A program made the translations under genes and the position numbers. Below are positions 35,593-45,269 of a stretch of 64,000 bases of DNA, one piece after another (within the stretch, counting starts at the first letter, position 1; each line of letters begins with the position of its first letter). Source of the stretch: a virus; IMG/VR virus record IMGVR_UViG_3300047546_001733, positions 1-64,000 of that record. One strand, given 5' to 3'. The notes beneath the pieces were generated by a model, which was not told the origin of the DNA, made no database searches, and was given only the letters and a program-made list of their open reading frames with translations.

Positions 35593-36593
35593 TGGCTAAA
35601 CTTTCTGTTGACATAAGAGCAAGGTCAGCTAACATGGACAATGCAAGAATAATTGTTCAAAATTTAGTACAAATAATTCCGGTAATAATAAACACATACA
35701 AAAGCACTGCTTTTTACTCAGCTAAGGCTATTGCACCGCAAGGACCAGAGCAACGAGAGGGGTATGAAGCACTTTTAAATTATACAATACGGAAACCAAA
35801 AAATAGGTCTACATCTTTGGTAAATAGTATATTTTTACGAAGTGCTCCCGATAATTTATCATTTTCTATAGGTGCAGAAAATAATGCGCCGGACGGTGTT
35901 AAAGTTATTATGCAGGAATACGGGTACCCGTATGATACGACTGACGATAGTAGTGAAGACGACGATGACACCGACTCCGAGAAAACTGGATTAAGAAGAG
36001 GTTTTAAACCATACCCACCAAATCCTAAAAATTCAAAAAAATACAGAAAATTAGAAAACGCTGATATTCGTGGCGTAGGTTATCTTCGCGCCGGTCTTGT
36101 TTCTGCCTCAAAAGCCCTTGCATTTGGTAATGCCGGCTCTGCTAACAGAAGTGACTCTCTCAGAGTACCCTATGTTAGTAAAGCTGACGTAGTAAACTAT
36201 CAAAACATTGTTAAAGATAATATTGCACTGGCTATTCAGAAATTTGTAATAGATTACGCAAAAGGAAGGGTTAACTTTAGCGGAGTTGGACTTGGTACAA
36301 TAAAAGAACCTACGACATCAAGCACCGGTGCCTCTAAAGTACCATTTTCGCAAGGTCTAATTGACGACGCAAAAACCAGATTAGGTTATTTTGTGGGTCC
36401 CTATAATAAACTGAACCTTCAAGAGTTTACACCTATATCTAAGTACACAAGTAAATTCGGTACAGTTATAATAGACTTTGATGGATTACTCGATATAGCA
36501 AGTAACTTTGGCGCATTTAATACTCGAACTCTTAGTCGTAGAACTAGTTTTACGGGTAGAGAAAAAGCACCCCGAAGAGATTTTTTAATTTAG
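35592..36593 (+). CDS. neck/tail-completion protein (HK97 gp10-like, extended)
   Basis: AP...L.NSI...QEYG motifs; synteny. Confidence 0.5.
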   Translation: MAKLSVDIRARSANMDNARIIVQNLVQIIPVIINTYKSTAFYSAKAIAPQGPEQREGYEALLNYTIRKPKNRSTSLVNSIFLRSAPDNLSFSIGAENNAPDGVKVIMQEYGYPYDTTDDSSEDDDDTDSEKTGLRRGFKPYPPNPKNSKKYRKLENADIRGVGYLRAGLVSASKALAFGNAGSANRSDSLRVPYVSKADVVNYQNIVKDNIALAIQKFVIDYAKGRVNFSGVGLGTIKEPTTSSTGASKVPFSQGLIDDAKTRLGYFVGPYNKLNLQEFTPISKYTSKFGTVIIDFDGLLDIASNFGAFNTRTLSRRTSFTGREKAPRRDFLI

Positions 36594-36603
36594 GAAAATA
36601 TAA

Positions 36604-37035
36604 ATGTTCGACCCAAAATTATACGCAAATATATGGCAGTTTATTGGGCGTTCGTTGAGCGGTGTTTACCCAGTGTATAGCGGTCGAGTATACTATCAAG
36701 CCGCCCCGATTAATACAGAATTTCCAATTCTAGTGTATCAACCGCTTGTCAATCAATCCTACGCAAACCTTATGCTTAATGATAGTTACTGGGAGGGAAT
36801 GATAACCTTTCGTTCTATCGGGACAAGTTTTCAAGAAGCTCAACAAAAACTCACGCAAGTGGTAAACGCACTTTCCACCGTACAAACAATAACTGTTAGC
36901 GGAGTAGATGTTCCACACACAGTTAAATACTGTGTTTCTGAAGTACCAAGTTTTCCAGTAGAGCGGCTAAGTGAAGGATATGTTTACACAGCGGCTGTTA
37001 CGATGGAATCTTACATATTCCCAAATGATTACTAG
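36604..37035 (+). CDS. tail terminator
   Basis: RVYYQAAP...FPILVY pattern, before tail tube. Confidence 0.65.
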   Translation: MFDPKLYANIWQFIGRSLSGVYPVYSGRVYYQAAPINTEFPILVYQPLVNQSYANLMLNDSYWEGMITFRSIGTSFQEAQQKLTQVVNALSTVQTITVSGVDVPHTVKYCVSEVPSFPVERLSEGYVYTAAVTMESYIFPNDY

Positions 37036-37049
37036 GAGAATCACAAACA

Positions 37050-37493
37050 ATGACAATTATCAAAGGTCTAGACGGTTGGCTTAAAATTAAGACGAGCGCA
37101 ACTGGTTACGAAAATGCTCGATTTGTTTCTCAGTGGCAAGCAACTCTTAATGCCACGTCGGTAGACGCTGGACCATTTCTTAACGATGACGGTAAGATTT
37201 ACTCTTTCACCACGTCAAAGAGAATCACAGGTTCATTTGATGTTACACTACCAACAAACCGCACAGAAGTTCACACAGCACTAATTAATGCGGCAAACAG
37301 TGGTATTGAGGTAGGTCTGAGACTTATTTCAAAAGGTGGTTACACTTGGGATGTTCCGAGTGGTATTCTAGGCAGTTACAATATTACAAATGCTGCCGGG
37401 GGAGCCGTTACAATGTCATTTAATTTCACTGATAACGGTGGTTTTACGGTGTATAACTCAACAACAACCAACTCTAATACAGAGAACCCGTAA
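37050..37493 (+). CDS. tail tube (major tail) protein
   Basis: 147 aa beta-rich, MSFNFTDNG end, followed by terminator and chaperones. Confidence 0.75.
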   Translation: MTIIKGLDGWLKIKTSATGYENARFVSQWQATLNATSVDAGPFLNDDGKIYSFTTSKRITGSFDVTLPTNRTEVHTALINAANSGIEVGLRLISKGGYTWDVPSGILGSYNITNAAGGAVTMSFNFTDNGGFTVYNSTTTNSNTENP

Positions 37494-37503
37494 CTCATAT
37501 TAT

Positions 37504-37531
37504 AAAACCCCCCAATATTTTTGGGGGGTTA
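37504..37531. terminator. hairpin terminator
   Basis: AACCCCCCAA-loop-TTGGGGGTT. Confidence 0.55.
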
Positions 37532-37552
37532 AAATTTTTTTAAGGAGAGCTT

Positions 37553-37957
37553 ATGATTGACTTTGCAGTCGGTTCAGGTGATTACTATGATGACGTAGGG
37601 GAGTTTTTGCGAGATGACCCCACAATTGAGACTGACATTACTATTATCGGTATGAGTAAAAGATTGAGAATTCGTGCCCTATCTTTTGCACAGATGGAAA
37701 GAGTGAATAAACTCGCCACTAATTCAGAGGGCACTATTGATAATACTGAATTTGTTTTACATACAATTGTAGAAGGAGTCGTGCGCCCTAAGATGAACTA
37801 CGCCCAAGTTCAATCACTTGTAAATGCACACGGAGAAACGGTGAAAACACTTGCAGAAAACATTTGGCAAATTGGAAAAATTTCAAAAGGAACTTTCCAG
37901 CAATATATCCAGTCAGTACAAGAGCTTAAAACCGTATCGGATGCTGAAAAACAATAA
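37553..37957 (+). CDS. tail assembly chaperone (G-like)
   Basis: Between tail tube and tape measure; LRIRALSFAQ. Confidence 0.75.
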   Translation: MIDFAVGSGDYYDDVGEFLRDDPTIETDITIIGMSKRLRIRALSFAQMERVNKLATNSEGTIDNTEFVLHTIVEGVVRPKMNYAQVQSLVNAHGETVKTLAENIWQIGKISKGTFQQYIQSVQELKTVSDAEKQ

Positions 37958-38228
37958 TGGTATTCATTTAACGGTTTCATACGCAAAATACGTTTTTGAT
38001 GAAGTCTGCTCTTGGATAGCTTTTTTTACTGAAGACGATAAAGTAAATACTCTTCACGCAAAAAGAATTGGTAAACTAAACACACTTGATATAGACGTAT
38101 TACTATCGGTTACAACCCGAGTAAATCAATATAACACAAATCGTAAAAAACGAGAACTTGAACAGCAAGAGCAGAAGGAAATACAGGAAGAGGAGATGCT
38201 GGTTCAGTCATTGTTAACGGAGAAATAA
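37942..38228 (+). CDS. second tail chaperone / frameshift extension (T-like)
   Basis: Overlapping ORF in the +1 frame filling the gap to the tape measure gene; no clear RBS. Confidence 0.55.
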
Positions 38229-38229
38229 A

Positions 38230-41200
38230 ATGGCTGGTATAAATATACCCATATCATTTACTACTGCTGGTGCAGAGGATGTTTTAAGAGCAATTTCTTC
38301 AATAGAAACGAAGTTAAAATCATTGTCTGTACCCTCCTCATCAAAATTATTTGGTGGCGGTATTGACAAGGCATTTCCTGCGGCAACAACAATTACCGGT
38401 GGTATACTTGATGCAAGCGGACAAACGGGTGAAAAAAGAAAACAACTCTTTGATATACTTAGTGCGTCCAGTACAAGAACACTGAGCACTGGTGAACTCT
38501 CTCAAGTTGAAACCCTATTAAAAACGCTCTCTGGAAAACTTAGTGCTACCCAGAAAAAATTCCTTGAAGAGGTTATACAAAATCAAAAGAGCACTATAAA
38601 TTCTTTTGTAAGAGCCGCAGAAGCCGGTGGTTTTTCAGTTTTAGAAGGAAAAGATGGTAAGCGTAAACTAAACTTTGAAAATTTAAAAAAGGCTATTTTA
38701 GCAAATATACAAAGTTTACGTGAGGCGTATGTATTAAGTGAAAAAGACATCGCTGAAATAGACGCACTCATCTCAAAAAATGACACCGCCGGTATTATAG
38801 GATTACTCGAGAAAGTACGAAGTTCTGACCGTATAACTGAACGACTTAAAAATGACCCAAAGTCAGGTCAAGACCCTCAGTTTAATCAAGACATAGCCAA
38901 TTTCAAAGCAAAACTTACCCCTCAATCACGTAAGGCTTTTCAAAAGGCACTTGACGAGATAATAGACGCTTTTCTTGCAGAGGCTATTAAAGCAGCTAAA
39001 GAAACAAAAGCAGACCCAGCTACTAAACCTAAAAGAAGCGAACGCAAGAAAGTAGCAAAAGAAGTACCGGTAGCTGAAGAAGAAACGCCGGTAGTAACAC
39101 CACCAGAACCCAAACGCCGTCCAAAAAGAATAGACTCTTCTACTTCTGGAGTAAGATACGGTAGGTTTGATACTTCAGGAATGGGTGGTGGTGGTAGTGG
39201 TGGTGGTATTGTTCCACCCACAGGTGGTGGTGGTTACAATTTTGACGGCGGCGAGATTGAAGATTATTTTGACCGTGTTCGAAGACGCTTCGGAAGAATC
39301 ACAGCCAGTTTTCAAGCCGCTAATGCAGTAGCAAGAGATAGCCTTCGCACAATTACACCCGAATCAGTTGAGGAGTTCTTAACTGTTTTTCGAAAAAACC
39401 TTGTACAATTTCGTCAGGGAACTGAGCAAATTCTTGTTGAGGAAGGACCACTTCGGGACTTAGACCCCGAAGTAAGTCGTCGTTTATCCGAAAGAATTGT
39501 GGGTGTGGCAACCTCAGCAGAGTTTGGTAATCTTAGTCAAGAACAACAGGCTCAAAGAGCAAGAGTACTGGGAAGAGAGTCACTTGACGAATTCTTTCCT
39601 GATTTGGACTCTGAAACTGCTGAACGTGCACTTAGGGTCTTTAGTCAACAAGTTCTAGCAACGACAAAAGAGTTTAAGGTTGTTACAGAAACTATTGACA
39701 ATATTAATGCTGAACTTTCAAGAACTGCAAGGATTGAGGCGGAGGAGTTAATTCAACAAGGTCGTGCTACAGGAGACCAACGATATTTTGAAGAAGCCCG
39801 CCGCCGTAACCGTCAGAGAAGAGTTCTTTTTGTTGGTAAAGACTTAGAAGTACAATCTAAAGCCGAAGAAGACTTAACAGATGAGGAACGCGCTTCTCTA
39901 CCATCTAAAGTAAACTACGATATTGAGTCAAATAAAAGAACAGTAAATCGTGGTATTCTACAAGCGATGGGCAGACCAAGGGGTATTTTTGAACAGGTAG
40001 CTACGTTAGGTGGGCGAGTTGCGGCTATTTTCTCGTTAGTACAGTTTACAATTGGTAACGCAGTGATGCAGTTACAGCAGTTCACTGAACAAGCAAATCA
40101 ACTCGAACGTGTTTCAGCAACAGTTGGAGCTTTAGCAGGAAATTTTGAAAGTTTTTCTGGTGCATTGGACTTAGCGGCTACACAGCAACGTAAGTTTGGT
40201 GGTACTCTAGAAGAAAACCTACAAGGTCTTACGTCGCTTATACCTGTGTCAAAGCGGTACAACGCAGACTTAGAACAGTTAGATAATATTGCACGCAGAC
40301 TCGCTATTGTTGACCCATTACAGGGATTTAGCGGGGCGGCAATTGCTCTTAAAGAATTCTTTTCAGGTGACATTACATCCCTATCCCGTAGATTTGAAAT
40401 TGACCGTGCCACACTTAATAGCATTAAAGAAGCCGGCGATAAAACAGCGCAGTTACAGAAACTAGACGAAGTTCTTAATAAACTTGGTATTTCCAATGAA
40501 GTGCTAAATGCAAGAACACAAACAACTGCCGCAGTTTTTGATAGATTAGGTGGAACAACATCTAACCTAAGTGCATCTTTTGGCTTCTTAATTCAAGAGG
40601 CAATTGCCCCGAGTGCAGGAGCACTAGACCGCTGGCTTGGTCAATGGTCATACTTGACTGCTCAGATAGTAGAAGACAAAGCACTTCTTTTAGAAGTTTC
40701 TAAGGGATTTGCTGAAATAAACAAAATAGTCCGTGAGTACCTAAATCTCCCCGTTGGTGACCGCACTGTAAAGCAACTAGAGGAAATTCAAATTGCTCAG
40801 AATGAAGTTATACGAAAGTATAACGAGGCAAGAGATACCCAAGTTAAGTTTATTAAAGATGCAGAAACCGCCCTCCAGCTAGCACGAATAGCCGCCGAAG
40901 GTGGACCAAACAACATTTTAGCAGACTTAGCAAATGTTTATAGCGAGGATGAAGTCTTTGGATTAGTTGGGATGGATGACCGCCAGTTCCGCACAATGGT
41001 TTTACAAGCCGAGGCTTTGACATCCTTAAGAGATGAACTGATTGGCTGGTTAAATACTCCTTGGGGTTTACAAGGGGCTATTATTAATGAAAATTTTAGT
41101 CCGGAACAAAGTGCCTTACTTGTAGAAATACTTGACCAGCTGGTAACCAAAAGAAATGACCTGAGTGAGGCTGACCGTGAAACATTATTTGCAGACGTTA

Positions 41201-43173
41201 CTCAAGCTACTGAAGACTTAGTTAATCTGAATCTAACCGCAAAAGAGTATCTAGACGTTTTAATAAAAATTAGAGATACAAACTACGAGATAGAACAGAA
41301 TAAGCCCCGAGCGGACCCTGAATACATTGGTGGTGGTGGTGGTAATTCAGACGATGCTGGGTACGGAAAAAGTGCTACTTTACGAAGTAGAATTGGTTCC
41401 GAAATTAAGGCAGTTAACGATGCAATAAGAGAACAACGCAGGTTACTAGAAGACTTAGAAGACGACGGTGGCGAAATGTCACCAGAACTCAAAGCGTTGA
41501 TGGACAATCTTGATGCTCTTAATGTAAAAGTTGGAGATTACACAAGTAGCCTTGAACTAGCAAAAAAGACTGTTGAAGGAATTAACGAATTAACAGCAAA
41601 ACAAACTCAAGCGCAATTAGAGCAGTTTGCAATAGCTCAGGGTTTAGGTTCTGAGTACTCCGCACAGGCTACCGCTAAGATGGACGAATTTAAACAAACC
41701 TCAGAATATTTAAAGTCTGAAGAATTTGAAAGATTTGCCCTTCTTGCTCGTGTGAGAGAAGCACTCAAACTACAGCAAGGTCTTGCATTTGAGCAGAATA
41801 AGTCTGTAAGTGCTATTACACTGATGAAAAATAATATGCTTGGGTATAATATTACTTTTAAAGAAGCCGTAGAGTTAGCAAAAGACTTTCAAAATTCCCT
41901 CAGAAGTCTTGCTACAGGAACTTTATTAAGTAAATTATCCCTAGAAGACCAATTAACCTACCAAACAAATCGCTTATCCCTAACAGGTCCAAATGCACCA
42001 CAGAATCAAGGTGACCTTTTTGACGCACTAAATAGTTCTTTAAACTTGTATTTCCAAAAAACAAATGAAGGACAGAAAAACACCGGAAATAGACTCGTTG
42101 ATATTGCTAAGGACGATGCTGCTCGTCGTCAAGAAATTACCGAGCAGTACAATGAAGATTTGCTTGATATGCAGGAAGACTATGAGAAGAGAAAACTAGA
42201 GTTACTTAAAAATAGTGAGATAGAAAAGCGTCAAGGTAAAGTAGACTTTTATGATACCTTGTTTAATGCAGATAGTTTAACTCCACAACAGATGCAAGAA
42301 GCATCAGCAAAGTACGAACAACTCTTCACAGAAGTCAGTGACTTACGCAATAAAGGTGAGTTTGAAAAAGCAACTGCCCTACTAGAGGCTGGTACATCCC
42401 AGATTGTTAACGAAATTAACTATCAACAGGAAGTAGCAGAAAACCAAAACAAAATAAAAGAAGCTGACGCAGATATTGCAGAACTTCGAAGAGAATACAA
42501 CGAGGCAGATTCCTCAGAAGAACGCCGCTCAATACTACAAAAAATTGAGAAAATAACAAAAGATAAAGAAATTGCAGAAAATCGCATAAAGCAGATTAAT
42601 GAAATTCGCACCCTTCAGATTGATGCAGACAATGAGCGGGTTACGCAAGCACGGAAAAATGAAGATACAATTACAAGTGACTACCTGAAATCTGTAGATG
42701 AGAGAAAACAAGCGTATCTTGATGCACTTGCAGAACAGGACGCCGCCTATAAAAAATCTGTTGATGAGGCAAAATCTCAATTTGACGACATAGGTAGAAA
42801 ATCACTTGTCACACTCACGTTTATTCAAGGTATTTTAAAGTATGCGGACGAAATTCCAAAACTTTTTGAGGCGGCTACTAATGGTACAGCGATGGGTCAG
42901 GATTACTTACTAAAGACTATCGACTATCGTAAGCAAGTACTACTAGACCAAACCCCTGTTGAACTAAGACCATTTCTTGATAAATTTTTTACAAGTGTTG
43001 AGCGATTAGAGCCGGGCTTTGGTCAACAATTAGGTGTTTTGGGGAAGACACTAGAATTGGACAAAACACTACTAGACACTAATCTTAAGCTGTCACTGTT
43101 AAATCAGACACTTACAAGGACAAATGAGATATTCTCCACAATGCCCCTATTTCTACAGAGAGGTAACACGTAA
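38230..43173 (+). CDS. tape measure protein
   Basis: 1647 aa, helical, follows chaperones. Confidence 0.88.
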   Translation: MAGINIPISFTTAGAEDVLRAISSIETKLKSLSVPSSSKLFGGGIDKAFPAATTITGGILDASGQTGEKRKQLFDILSASSTRTLSTGELSQVETLLKTLSGKLSATQKKFLEEVIQNQKSTINSFVRAAEAGGFSVLEGKDGKRKLNFENLKKAILANIQSLREAYVLSEKDIAEIDALISKNDTAGIIGLLEKVRSSDRITERLKNDPKSGQDPQFNQDIANFKAKLTPQSRKAFQKALDEIIDAFLAEAIKAAKETKADPATKPKRSERKKVAKEVPVAEEETPVVTPPEPKRRPKRIDSSTSGVRYGRFDTSGMGGGGSGGGIVPPTGGGGYNFDGGEIEDYFDRVRRRFGRITASFQAANAVARDSLRTITPESVEEFLTVFRKNLVQFRQGTEQILVEEGPLRDLDPEVSRRLSERIVGVATSAEFGNLSQEQQAQRARVLGRESLDEFFPDLDSETAERALRVFSQQVLATTKEFKVVTETIDNINAELSRTARIEAEELIQQGRATGDQRYFEEARRRNRQRRVLFVGKDLEVQSKAEEDLTDEERASLPSKVNYDIESNKRTVNRGILQAMGRPRGIFEQVATLGGRVAAIFSLVQFTIGNAVMQLQQFTEQANQLERVSATVGALAGNFESFSGALDLAATQQRKFGGTLEENLQGLTSLIPVSKRYNADLEQLDNIARRLAIVDPLQGFSGAAIALKEFFSGDITSLSRRFEIDRATLNSIKEAGDKTAQLQKLDEVLNKLGISNEVLNARTQTTAAVFDRLGGTTSNLSASFGFLIQEAIAPSAGALDRWLGQWSYLTAQIVEDKALLLEVSKGFAEINKIVREYLNLPVGDRTVKQLEEIQIAQNEVIRKYNEARDTQVKFIKDAETALQLARIAAEGGPNNILADLANVYSEDEVFGLVGMDDRQFRTMVLQAEALTSLRDELIGWLNTPWGLQGAIINENFSPEQSALLVEILDQLVTKRNDLSEADRETLFADVTQATEDLVNLNLTAKEYLDVLIKIRDTNYEIEQNKPRADPEYIGGGGGNSDDAGYGKSATLRSRIGSEIKAVNDAIREQRRLLEDLEDDGGEMSPELKALMDNLDALNVKVGDYTSSLELAKKTVEGINELTAKQTQAQLEQFAIAQGLGSEYSAQATAKMDEFKQTSEYLKSEEFERFALLARVREALKLQQGLAFEQNKSVSAITLMKNNMLGYNITFKEAVELAKDFQNSLRSLATGTLLSKLSLEDQLTYQTNRLSLTGPNAPQNQGDLFDALNSSLNLYFQKTNEGQKNTGNRLVDIAKDDAARRQEITEQYNEDLLDMQEDYEKRKLELLKNSEIEKRQGKVDFYDTLFNADSLTPQQMQEASAKYEQLFTEVSDLRNKGEFEKATALLEAGTSQIVNEINYQQEVAENQNKIKEADADIAELRREYNEADSSEERRSILQKIEKITKDKEIAENRIKQINEIRTLQIDADNERVTQARKNEDTITSDYLKSVDERKQAYLDALAEQDAAYKKSVDEAKSQFDDIGRKSLVTLTFIQGILKYADEIPKLFEAATNGTAMGQDYLLKTIDYRKQVLLDQTPVELRPFLDKFFTSVERLEPGFGQQLGVLGKTLELDKTLLDTNLKLSLLNQTLTRTNEIFSTMPLFLQRGNT

Positions 43174-43569
43174 ATGGCAGTAATTCAAATTAGCGGTTAT
43201 CTACCAGATAATACAACAGCGTTTAGTTACGAAATACGCCCGAATGAAATTCAGGAAAGTATAAGAAATTATACTGAAGACATTCAGGCTTTGGACGGTA
43301 CCTTTCATAGATTTCATCGTAATTACAAGCGTCAGTTTAAACTTGTGTTTAACAATGTTCAGTCTGGTACAGCAAATACTCTTCGCACGATATTTATGAC
43401 ACCAATTCAGATGAGTTTTCAAAACATAGACGGGGTAAAATTTACCGTATTTACAGAGGCTGGTTCTTTCTCAGCTAACTTAAACGGCGGTTCTGTTGCC
43501 CTAAAAAAAGACACGAATAATGAGAGGATTAAACTCTACAATGTGGGATTAAATTTGGTGGAAAAATGA
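43174..43569 (+). CDS. distal tail protein
   Basis: 131 aa after TMP; ALDGT motif. Confidence 0.6.
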   Translation: MAVIQISGYLPDNTTAFSYEIRPNEIQESIRNYTEDIQALDGTFHRFHRNYKRQFKLVFNNVQSGTANTLRTIFMTPIQMSFQNIDGVKFTVFTEAGSFSANLNGGSVALKKDTNNERIKLYNVGLNLVEK

Positions 43570-45260
43570 GTACAATACAACAAAAACTTTATATTATTAA
43601 TAATGGTACTCAGATTGAGATACCAGACTCCTACATTATCTCATTAGATGGTGGCTACAATACTAGTTTTGAAGACACTAATCAGTTTACTCTTGGATTA
43701 GCCGCACCCACAACATCCAGAGTGAAACTAGTAAAACCAACGTCAGGGCAGTTTCCTGCCCTGACACAAATACTAGAAAGAGATTATAACTGGCGTATGT
43801 TACGGATTAAAATAACGTCGTCTATAGATGGTGGGGTGTTTACTACTACATTTGATGGACTTTTTTTTGAGAGGAGTGAGGACACTGCTACGGTATCATT
43901 TATCTGTCGTGGTCCTCTAGACCTCATAAACATCATTAAAATACAGACGCCATTACTGAGAAATCGGAAAGTAGCCACGTCGATTACAGACGTACCGAAT
44001 GGGGCTACTAATCCGCAGATAGATAACTTACTAAATCAACAAAACCCAACAATTGCAAGTGGTTCATCTGTGGGTATAATAAATAGTATTCTCTGGTTAG
44101 CCGGTGGTAGACCACACAAATACGCCTCGCTATATACAGAACAATATACTACAGTGTCAAGTCAATTCCCTAAGTTTTACTTTGATTGTGAAAATTCAAT
44201 AGTAAATCCCGAATGGATTTGGTTTAACTACGAGAATCTTTACAGCGACCTTTCTCAATTATGTAAATCTTCAGGTGGTGTATTAAAACAAGACACCGAC
44301 GGGGTAGTTCGCTACTCAAATGTGTACTCCTTCCGAAAAGCATGGAGTGGTTTTACACTTACTGATAGTAATGCCACCAGTTTTACTTTAGGCGAGTCTG
44401 GTACTGAACCGTACTCGAAAGTAATTGTAACATTTACTCCCCGCTTTCTTTCCGGAAGTAAAGAAATCTATAAACAGAATTTTTCTGAATTTATACAGGC
44501 AGGTCAGTCAGTTGAGAGAGAAATTCAGTTTAGTCAACCTGTTTTTTCTTTGTTAAACAAAACAGTTTCTGGGCAACTTTCAGACAGCATAGTCAATAAC
44601 TCCTTTAATTCGGTAAAAGACTTTATTTCTGCGCTAGATGTTAAAGGTACAAAAAGGGTAGTTTACGCACGGGTACAACCGTATAGTGGACTATATATTG
44701 ATAAGTATATAGCGACAAGCGGTATCGGTAACTTTGTAAAAGCACAAAATACAAATGCGGTACCAAGTCAATCTATTAATTTGTATGTGGTAAACTCGGG
44801 ATTAGCAGACTCTCCCACACTCTTTGTCGCCGATGTAACTTTATTTGGGAGAACGTTAGAGGCTTCAAAAACAGAAAACTATATTGACACGATAAATCAG
44901 TACCCGTCAATATCTGGATTTAAGCAGTTAACAATTCCGGACAATCCGTACATCCAGACAAAAAACGATGCAAAGCGTGTAGTGGATTTAACAAAGTATC
45001 TTTTAGAAAATCCAAGGCAAAAAATAACGGCTAACGACGTACCATACACAAGTGGAGTTTCTTTAGGTGACACCATATATGTAGACAGTGTCTCAACCAC
45101 CGTGTCTGGTTATTTTAAGGTAACTAGTCTAAACTACACTCGTAATGGAGCCGCTATGAATTTAGGACTAGTTTCTGTTTCAGGATTGTATCAATCTTCA
45201 GATTTTTTCACTATTGGTACAGCCTATAATGATAGTGACACAAAACGCTTGTCATTTTAA
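43566..45260 (+). CDS. tail tip / baseplate hub protein
   Basis: DTDGVVRY, DNPYIQT, LGDTIYV motifs; synteny. Confidence 0.65.
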   Translation: MSTIQQKLYIINNGTQIEIPDSYIISLDGGYNTSFEDTNQFTLGLAAPTTSRVKLVKPTSGQFPALTQILERDYNWRMLRIKITSSIDGGVFTTTFDGLFFERSEDTATVSFICRGPLDLINIIKIQTPLLRNRKVATSITDVPNGATNPQIDNLLNQQNPTIASGSSVGIINSILWLAGGRPHKYASLYTEQYTTVSSQFPKFYFDCENSIVNPEWIWFNYENLYSDLSQLCKSSGGVLKQDTDGVVRYSNVYSFRKAWSGFTLTDSNATSFTLGESGTEPYSKVIVTFTPRFLSGSKEIYKQNFSEFIQAGQSVEREIQFSQPVFSLLNKTVSGQLSDSIVNNSFNSVKDFISALDVKGTKRVVYARVQPYSGLYIDKYIATSGIGNFVKAQNTNAVPSQSINLYVVNSGLADSPTLFVADVTLFGRTLEASKTENYIDTINQYPSISGFKQLTIPDNPYIQTKNDAKRVVDLTKYLLENPRQKITANDVPYTSGVSLGDTIYVDSVSTTVSGYFKVTSLNYTRNGAAMNLGLVSVSGLYQSSDFFTIGTAYNDSDTKRLSF

Positions 45261-45269
45261 GAGGTTTAG

